Positions 36,178 through 42,054 of a DNA stretch of 42,054 nt are shown piece by piece. A program made the translations under genes and the position numbers. The notes beneath the pieces were generated by a model. That model saw only the letters and a list, made by a program, of their open reading frames with translations, did no database searches and had not been told where the DNA came from. This DNA comes from a virus. Lineage: Duplodnaviria > Caudoviricetes. The stretch covers positions 1 through 42,054 of the IMG/VR virus record IMGVR_UViG_3300022697_000104; one strand, given 5' to 3'. Position 1 is the first letter of the stretch; each line of letters opens with the position of its first letter.

Positions 36178-37819
36178 CTTGTAAAAGTTCCTTATTAAAA
36201 ATTGAAGTAAATTCTGGATCATTAAACGCATGTGCAAGATACTGTCTCAAGGCTACTTGATCGACAGTAGGATCTTGAACCATGACAGGATAAAGTTGAA
36301 TAGCTTCGGCTTTACGGGCTTCTGTCGTCTGGAGTGGAGAGTCTGAGAACATAATTTCATAACTATAATCTCCTTTCAAATCAGCACCAATAAAGTTAAT
36401 CCATTTTGCAGATGTAGAAAGATCTGTAGTTTGGATTAACTTAGGCATAGTCCAAAACTTAAACACAAAAGAATTTATAACTTTAAAAGTTCGAATATAT
36501 AAATCACTAACAGCTATTCCTCTGCGAGACATTCGGTTACCAGAAGCTTCATTAACAACCAAAGCTTCTGTTGCTGTCTTCCTTCCTCCAGTAAACTCAC
36601 CTGTTTGATTCCTAGAAAACCCAACAATTTCTCTAGCATCTTGCCGCACATTTTGGCTCTCAAAAACTAGTTGATTGTTGTTATTAAATGGTGTTGAATC
36701 TTTAACTGCTGAGTTAATGTCAAAACCACCGTTTATTCTAATACCTACCTTTACATCGGGATCAAGAACATTCTCTACTTCTTCTGGATCAATAGCATCT
36801 TCCTGATAAAAGAATCTTAAAATTGATGCTCTGCGTTGTTTTGACATTTGAAGATTAATGTCAATGAGTTCAGCCTGAGGATTGAGTAAATAATCCGCAT
36901 CTGGAGTAACCCAAAAATTTCTAGCTCGTGGTACAAAAGCGACTGTTCCAAAAGGTAATCCTTCAGTCTGTAACTTATCAGCCTCGTTTCTTAGGAACTT
37001 TGGATGATCAGGCGTAATCACATAAATCTTCCCAAATCGGCGATCATGTATTTCCCAAAGTTCAACAAAGTCTTTCTTTGTTTCTCCAAAAACACCACTT
37101 CCTGGAGTGCTAATATCACCAAGAGTTCTAGCTCTTTGCTTTGCCTTGTAACTATCTACAAAATCTTTCATAGATATGTTAGGAAGAAGACCTTTATGAC
37201 TATATTTTGGGTCTGATTTAATGTCATCAATATGCCTGACAACTCTATGGGCTATCCAAGGAGCATCATCTAAATCCATAGTCCCCCAAGGAACTACAAT
37301 ATCATGTGGACTAACATTAGACACCCAAGGCATTCCAGGATTGCCATCATTAAACTCATTTCTATTCCCTCGACCATCAAACTGTGTAAGAGTAAATCCA
37401 CCCTCTCCACCAACAGCATCAAACTTTGGGCTAAATCCAAACTCAGAATCATACCCATACTTAAGAAAACCTCTACCAAAGAGAAAAGCATTCAAACCTG
37501 CCGAGTCCACAGCCTTGCGAATATTAAGGTCTGTGATAAAGTCTTTATCCAGAGTCTCTAAAATTCTAACTTTACCAACGGCCTCTTCGCTTCGAGCCTT
37601 GATTATAGCAGTAGGTCGCTGTATGGTAAGTTGTGAAAGAAGACTATCTCCTGTGGACATGATAATATTTGGGGCAGAAACATTTTCCAAACTTGGATGA
37701 GTATTGTAAAACATCTGCTCATTGACAGTCCAATATCTCTCCTTGCCAAATTGGAACCTGTATTCCAATCCCGCATTAATGGCTATTTCCCAATCTGATG
37801 GACTTAATTCCTTAAACAT
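35987..37819 (-). CDS. Portal protein
   Basis: 610 aa; FGRGFLKYGY, VSPHDIVVP, VELWEIHD, RKTATEA; Q-rich tail; upstream of scaffold and capsid. Confidence 0.85.
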   Translation of the reverse strand: MFKELSPSDWEIAINAGLEYRFQFGKERYWTVNEQMFYNTHPSLENVSAPNIIMSTGDSLLSQLTIQRPTAIIKARSEEAVGKVRILETLDKDFITDLNIRKAVDSAGLNAFLFGRGFLKYGYDSEFGFSPKFDAVGGEGGFTLTQFDGRGNRNEFNDGNPGMPWVSNVSPHDIVVPWGTMDLDDAPWIAHRVVRHIDDIKSDPKYSHKGLLPNISMKDFVDSYKAKQRARTLGDISTPGSGVFGETKKDFVELWEIHDRRFGKIYVITPDHPKFLRNEADKLQTEGLPFGTVAFVPRARNFWVTPDADYLLNPQAELIDINLQMSKQRRASILRFFYQEDAIDPEEVENVLDPDVKVGIRINGGFDINSAVKDSTPFNNNNQLVFESQNVRQDAREIVGFSRNQTGEFTGGRKTATEALVVNEASGNRMSRRGIAVSDLYIRTFKVINSFVFKFWTMPKLIQTTDLSTSAKWINFIGADLKGDYSYEIMFSDSPLQTTEARKAEAIQLYPVMVQDPTVDQVALRQYLAHAFNDPEFTSIFNKELLQDANVQLLMQVLQQVQGGASANGQSGQIPSGVRPVSQGNGQTVAAQGPNPGASSASVAQEGINA

Positions 37820-37827
37820 TTATTATC

Positions 37828-40047
37828 CTAAGCTCGCTGAGGTTTACGAAAATGCTGGGTCCAAAGATTACGTATTCTGGATCTAGGTATGAATGAAAGA
37901 GCATTCCATGTCATTTTTGCCATCCAAGCAGCACTTTCTGTGTCTGTAGGATGCGTTCCGTCATTCATTAGGTTACCCTCTAAACCCCCACCATTGAGAT
38001 TGGCGTTTATCGTGTTAGCAAATGAGAAACTTGGACCTATATTGGCAGCAGCCCATGCTGGGGCACCCTCTGGATCAGGATTGGTAGCCGAGTTAAGGAA
38101 CACGTGATCGGTATGACGCGAAAGAGAATAGCCATAGGCATTAGGTCTTGTATCTGCCGCCTGCAACAAACCGTCAGCGAAGTTATCATTAAGGGTTACA
38201 TCATTGCCTTTGTTTGGACTCTGCCAAAGGAGGAAGTTTGGTACAGGCAGACCAATCGAAGCACAGGATGACTCCCAAATATCCATGATAGCAATGAACC
38301 TGTCTCGGGTGACATTCACAGTATTGTTTTCCGCCGCCACAGCAATAACTACCAACATTTCTTGGGTGAGACTCAAGGTTGTCACATCCAGCCAATGCGT
38401 GAGGTTGGACTCACTATGTTGCTTGGGTAATGCGACTGTCGCTATTGCATCTGCTGCAAATCCAACTAAATCCCAAGAATTATCACCCAGTACCTGAATA
38501 TATGTTCCTGGATTCCAATCACCAGCAATTGTTTCATAAAATAAATAACCAGCAAAATCAGCATAACGATCATTGTTCGGCACTCTTGCGGAATATGTCG
38601 AATCCCATACGCTTAAGACATGATCGCCTGACGCTGTGACATTACTGAGTAGGTCAGGGTAGATAGCGTTGATCTGACCATAAACCGGGGCACTTCGACC
38701 TGCCGCATCGGGGTCGCCTTCGCTTAAGTGGTGGAACTTGCGGGGTCCACCCGCCGTAGCGGTCTGACTTGCAGACCTATAGTGTCTAGCAATGTCAACG
38801 GCGGACAGGGCTGATGTATAAACACGGATTTCATCAATGTCGCCATCAAGCATTGTTCCATTAGTGTAACCACCTATCACGCAAGTTGTAGACGCCGATC
38901 CTATGGTTCCTAATGTTGCCCCGCCACCTACATCTACACCATTTATAAACACAGTAACAACGTTTCCTCCAGTTCGCGTTGCTGCAATATGATACGTCGT
39001 GCCTGCAACAATCAATCCCGCTGCAGAACCATCTGCATAGGTAGTTCCCCCAATTACCCAACGAGTCTGTAAAGACCCATTAGAATCTACCCACAGATTC
39101 CAATACTCATTGGCGTCCACTCCTTGATATTGAATTAACAAAGAATCATTAGTTAAAGTGTTTAGATTTACAAATCCTGTAATTGTGCCAACCACATTGG
39201 GCTGAATGTCAGGATAAGCTATGGCTGTCGCCGCAAAAGTCCGCCACGCAAAGTCTCCGGGTGTTACAGAAGCATTAGCATCGGTTGCTACCAGAGAAGG
39301 ACGCCCAAAAACTTGGTTATTGCCGGTGGCCAAATTATTGACCAACTTTGTTGATGAACTACCAGTGTCTGTTAAGAAAGCTCCACTGGTCTGGTCACAC
39401 CGCATTTCATGAATTGGAACCTCAGGGAGATCAGTCTCGGCCACAAAGGTGCCAAAGACTCCCGTCGATACGGCGGTCATATTGGCCGTAATTGACGCAG
39501 TATTACCCGGAGCTCCTGTAAGGTCGAAGTTATCGTCATAGGTTAATAAAGATGTAGTGGCATGATAAAACAAACGCATCTTCATCTGTGCCGCGTTGTT
39601 AGTGGCTACAGCCAGCGAGTTGACACCTCCAGTGCCTACAGAATCAGTTGTTGTCTGAGCATTCCACCATGCCCCGGTGTCTGGCTGGAAAGTATTTCCA
39701 CTAGCGGCCGGGAAGTCGTACTCCATAATGTCGCGGATAGGAAGTCCTTGAAACTCGGTAGGGGTTTCTCCTAAAGCTACCTTACCGGTGTTTCCTGCCG
39801 CATCAATCCTTGTGCCCGCTGTGATCCCGGAGGCCTGCGACGCCGGCAATTTACGCTGCTCCCACCAGCCTTCCCAGAGGGCTGTGATTGGACTCATAGA
39901 CCAACCGTCGATTGCCGGGCCAGGCATGTGTTGCTTGGTCGATTCTGACCAGTTGATAATGGAATCACCTAGAAAAATAAGCCTAGGTTTATTCTTTAAA
40001 ATTGCAGGAACAGCGGTTAAATCTGTTTTATATGGAGTAATAGGCAT
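37828..40047 (-). CDS. SGNH-hydrolase-like / LamG (concanavalin A-like) virion protein
   Basis: LIFLGDSI at the N-terminus, DGTHP at the C-terminus; central YHIAAT...VFING...GDIDEIRVY..ALS LamG motifs. Confidence 0.75.
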   Translation of the reverse strand: MPITPYKTDLTAVPAILKNKPRLIFLGDSIINWSESTKQHMPGPAIDGWSMSPITALWEGWWEQRKLPASQASGITAGTRIDAAGNTGKVALGETPTEFQGLPIRDIMEYDFPAASGNTFQPDTGAWWNAQTTTDSVGTGGVNSLAVATNNAAQMKMRLFYHATTSLLTYDDNFDLTGAPGNTASITANMTAVSTGVFGTFVAETDLPEVPIHEMRCDQTSGAFLTDTGSSSTKLVNNLATGNNQVFGRPSLVATDANASVTPGDFAWRTFAATAIAYPDIQPNVVGTITGFVNLNTLTNDSLLIQYQGVDANEYWNLWVDSNGSLQTRWVIGGTTYADGSAAGLIVAGTTYHIAATRTGGNVVTVFINGVDVGGGATLGTIGSASTTCVIGGYTNGTMLDGDIDEIRVYTSALSAVDIARHYRSASQTATAGGPRKFHHLSEGDPDAAGRSAPVYGQINAIYPDLLSNVTASGDHVLSVWDSTYSARVPNNDRYADFAGYLFYETIAGDWNPGTYIQVLGDNSWDLVGFAADAIATVALPKQHSESNLTHWLDVTTLSLTQEMLVVIAVAAENNTVNVTRDRFIAIMDIWESSCASIGLPVPNFLLWQSPNKGNDVTLNDNFADGLLQAADTRPNAYGYSLSRHTDHVFLNSATNPDPEGAPAWAAANIGPSFSFANTINANLNGGGLEGNLMNDGTHPTDTESAAWMAKMTWNALSFIPRSRIRNLWTQHFRKPQRA

Positions 40048-40050
40048 AAC

Positions 40051-40581
40051 TTAACTTACTAAAGCAAAAAGTGCATTTGCGCTGGCAGCAGTACTTACAT
40101 TAAAATCTACCTCAATAAACTCATGGCCTTTAGGATCAAACAAAATACTTGCATTTCCTGTGTTATCTGCTGGAGATATAATTTTAGACTGATTGTCTCC
40201 AGTAAGAAGAACTAAAGTATCACAAACTAAATCAGCAACGACTATCTCTCCAAGAGATACTCCCTTAGATGCTCCAAGAGTACAAGTTACTTCCACAAGT
40301 GTCTGCGGAATCCAAGTCACTTTATCCGCTGCCTTACTCCAGCCAGTAAACCGAGCAACAAAGAGTTTATCTACTGCATCAGAGCCAAAAAGAATAGCCT
40401 CTATCATATTACTTCTACGACTTTGAGAAATTACTGTAGAAAAAATTCCAGTTGTTTGACTCTCTATTGGAGTCGTTAATGTCGCATCTTTTGCTGTAAA
40501 AGCAGAAGCATTTGTACTATTTGTAGTTAATACTCTTTTCCATGCTGATCGTGTTGTAAAACTATAAACTGCCTGTGTCAT
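40051..40581 (-). CDS. Hypothetical (likely virion) protein
   Basis: 176-aa beta-rich ORF in the late operon. Confidence 0.65.
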   Translation of the reverse strand: MTQAVYSFTTRSAWKRVLTTNSTNASAFTAKDATLTTPIESQTTGIFSTVISQSRRSNMIEAILFGSDAVDKLFVARFTGWSKAADKVTWIPQTLVEVTCTLGASKGVSLGEIVVADLVCDTLVLLTGDNQSKIISPADNTGNASILFDPKGHEFIEVDFNVSTAASANALFALVS

Positions 40582-40608
40582 TATTCTATCCTAAATTAAA
40601 ACAGTTAC

Positions 40609-40860
40609 TTATTGTGAATAATTTCTAATAATCCAAACACCACCAGTTAAAATACCTAAAGCAATAAAGCCTATACCAGCTTTGGCAAAAGCTTTTATTG
40701 TCCAAATACAACCCGTGATAAAATTATCATGATGCCTAACCATAGAAACAAATCCATTTTTTACAAGAATGTCATGAATTTCATTTATTGTCTTGAAATT
40801 AACTTTATCCTTTTCTTCTAACCTAGTGACTCTTTCTTGCAATAATGTTTTTTCTAGCAT
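40609..40860 (-). CDS. Small membrane protein, holin-like
   Basis: Coiled-coil N-terminus plus a C-terminal TM helix (AGIGFIALGILTGGVWII). Confidence 0.5.
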   Translation of the reverse strand: MLEKTLLQERVTRLEEKDKVNFKTINEIHDILVKNGFVSMVRHHDNFITGCIWTIKAFAKAGIGFIALGILTGGVWIIRNYSQ

Positions 40861-40869
40861 AAGAAACTC

Positions 40870-41256
40870 TTAAATTGGAAGATTGAAAGACTTACCTCTC
40901 GCTTGACGAATAATTCGTTTAGCAGCAGGTGTTTGTGATTCGTCTAATTCTGCCTTTTGTTTATTTGTAAGGTTATCAACATTTGGTTGATTTGATCTAA
41001 TAGCAATTCCTGCAGCACGTTTAGTATATGCGGCTCTTGCAAAAGCTGCAAGTACTAGTCCCCAGGGACCAAAAACAGCCGGAGCCACAATTCCTATTGC
41101 TCCAAGAACATCTTCTGCATCAGCATTTTTACTTGCAGTCACTAATGCTGCTCCGGGTTGATCAGGAACAACTTCTACAGGTTGAACAAGTTCACATCCA
41201 ATGATACTTCCAACAAAAATACATCCAATAAAACTAAATTTTGTAAAGGTCCGCAT
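40870..41256 (-). CDS. Putative lipoprotein/membrane protein
   Basis: GGAG SD before ATG 41256; signal peptide ending IIGC; internal hydrophobic segment. Confidence 0.55.
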   Translation of the reverse strand: MRTFTKFSFIGCIFVGSIIGCELVQPVEVVPDQPGAALVTASKNADAEDVLGAIGIVAPAVFGPWGLVLAAFARAAYTKRAAGIAIRSNQPNVDNLTNKQKAELDESQTPAAKRIIRQARGKSFNLPI

Positions 41257-41270
41257 AATTAACTCCATGA

Positions 41271-41287
41271 TGTTTCAGAAACTGAAC
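41271..41287. promoter_or_regulatory. TGTTTCA-N5-TGAA palindromic site
   Basis: TGTTTCAGAAACTGAAC between the TerL stop and the SD of the next gene. Confidence 0.55.
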
Positions 41288-41289
41288 CC

Positions 41290-42054
41290 TCAGAAACCAA
41301 ATCTGAAGGGATTATAACTCTGTGTACTTCTTCGAGATATTAACTTCTTTGCAGAACCACGACTTGAATTTTTCTTTTTCTGTTCTTGGTCAACCTCTGC
41401 GAGAATTGATTCAAGGTTAAATGGATCGTCTGAAAGTTTATCAGGATCAGATTTAGTAAGCGTACTTGTCAAGGCCCAAAGTCCAAGTTGCATAGAGAGA
41501 GCATCTGCTAGGTCATCATTTTTACCTAAAGGAAAGGCAAGAAGCTCACTTTCAAGTTCTTTATGATGCTCTCGAAGGAATATGTTTCCTGAGGCGAAAA
41601 CTGGTTGAAGTCCTGAGATTCTAGAGTTCTTGGACCTACGGTTATGGATTATTCCTTCTACAGAAAAATACAAACGTTCCTTTTTCATTCTTTCACGAAC
41701 AAAGTATTGTAGAGCCTTTTGATAAGCAACTGCTTCAATCATAACTTTAATTGGCTTGTACTTCTTAACGTGTCGGAAAATTGCGTGAATTAAATCACCC
41801 GGATTACACTTTGCTCGGAAATATTCTAAAACATAAATCCTACCAGTATACATGTGTTTACCACATGTCATGACAACATTATAATCCGGGTCTCCTTTTG
41901 AGTCTTCTGGATCACCTGCTGGATCAACAGTGGTGTAAACCATGAGATTTCTAGGAGGATTCTCAAAATATTTGAACCACTCAATGTCAAACAGCATGTC
42001 TCCACTTCGCATAGGAAGATTCATATAAAGACATGAGAAAAGATATGGCCCCAT
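41290..42054 (-). CDS. terL: Terminase large subunit, C-terminal nuclease part
   Basis: VDPAG..D, IEAVAYQ, SKNSRI, FPLGKNDDLADAL (RNase H-like nuclease). Confidence 0.92.
   Translation of the reverse strand: MGPYLFSCLYMNLPMRSGDMLFDIEWFKYFENPPRNLMVYTTVDPAGDPEDSKGDPDYNVVMTCGKHMYTGRIYVLEYFRAKCNPGDLIHAIFRHVKKYKPIKVMIEAVAYQKALQYFVRERMKKERLYFSVEGIIHNRRSKNSRISGLQPVFASGNIFLREHHKELESELLAFPLGKNDDLADALSMQLGLWALTSTLTKSDPDKLSDDPFNLESILAEVDQEQKKKNSSRGSAKKLISRRSTQSYNPFRFGF
41956..42054. repeat. Terminal direct repeat (copy 2)
   Basis: Identical to 1-99. Confidence 0.95.

Noticed and set aside
1-42054. Alternative genetic code, diversity-generating retroelement, introns/inteins, tRNA genes
   Set aside because: Genes tile densely in the standard code; no reverse transcriptase, TR/VR pair, interrupted core gene or cloverleaf was seen by eye

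Overview
This window is an apparently complete, circularly assembled dsDNA tailed-phage genome. Bases 1-99 equal bases 41956-42054, giving a unit length of 41,955 bp, and the terminase large subunit runs across the junction. The + strand arm (about 1.9-17.4 kb) carries early regulators (HTH protein, CsrA, sigma-like factor, ArsR) and a PD-(D/E)XK nuclease, a glycoside-hydrolase-like protein, an AAA ATPase, an SSB and a DNA ligase. It ends with a ParB-DNA methyltransferase fusion, a uracil-DNA-glycosylase-PolA fusion with His at position 762, and a DUF3987-type helicase. The - strand arm is a podovirus-like virion module: TerS, TerL, membrane proteins, SGNH/LamG protein, portal, scaffold, capsid, tail tubular proteins, fibres and ejection proteins including a 2130-aa polyvalent protein. 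It also holds a nucleotidyltransferase-like gene and a degenerate PurD-like gene. The most striking signals are non-coding. (1) A sigma54 (-24/-12) promoter precedes the first early gene, with phased palindromic enhancer-like sites, IHF-like sites and a Fur-like box upstream, yet no enhancer-binding protein is encoded, implying host-signal-gated early expression. (2) A TTTCA-N5-TGAAA palindrome recurs in front of genes on both arms, with parS/NBS-like half-sites, in a genome encoding a ParB-MTase fusion. (3) A ~170-bp inverted repeat with a TA-rich core follows the first early gene. No integrase, RNA polymerase, primase or endolysin was recognised. All functional calls come from motif recognition by eye, without database searches.
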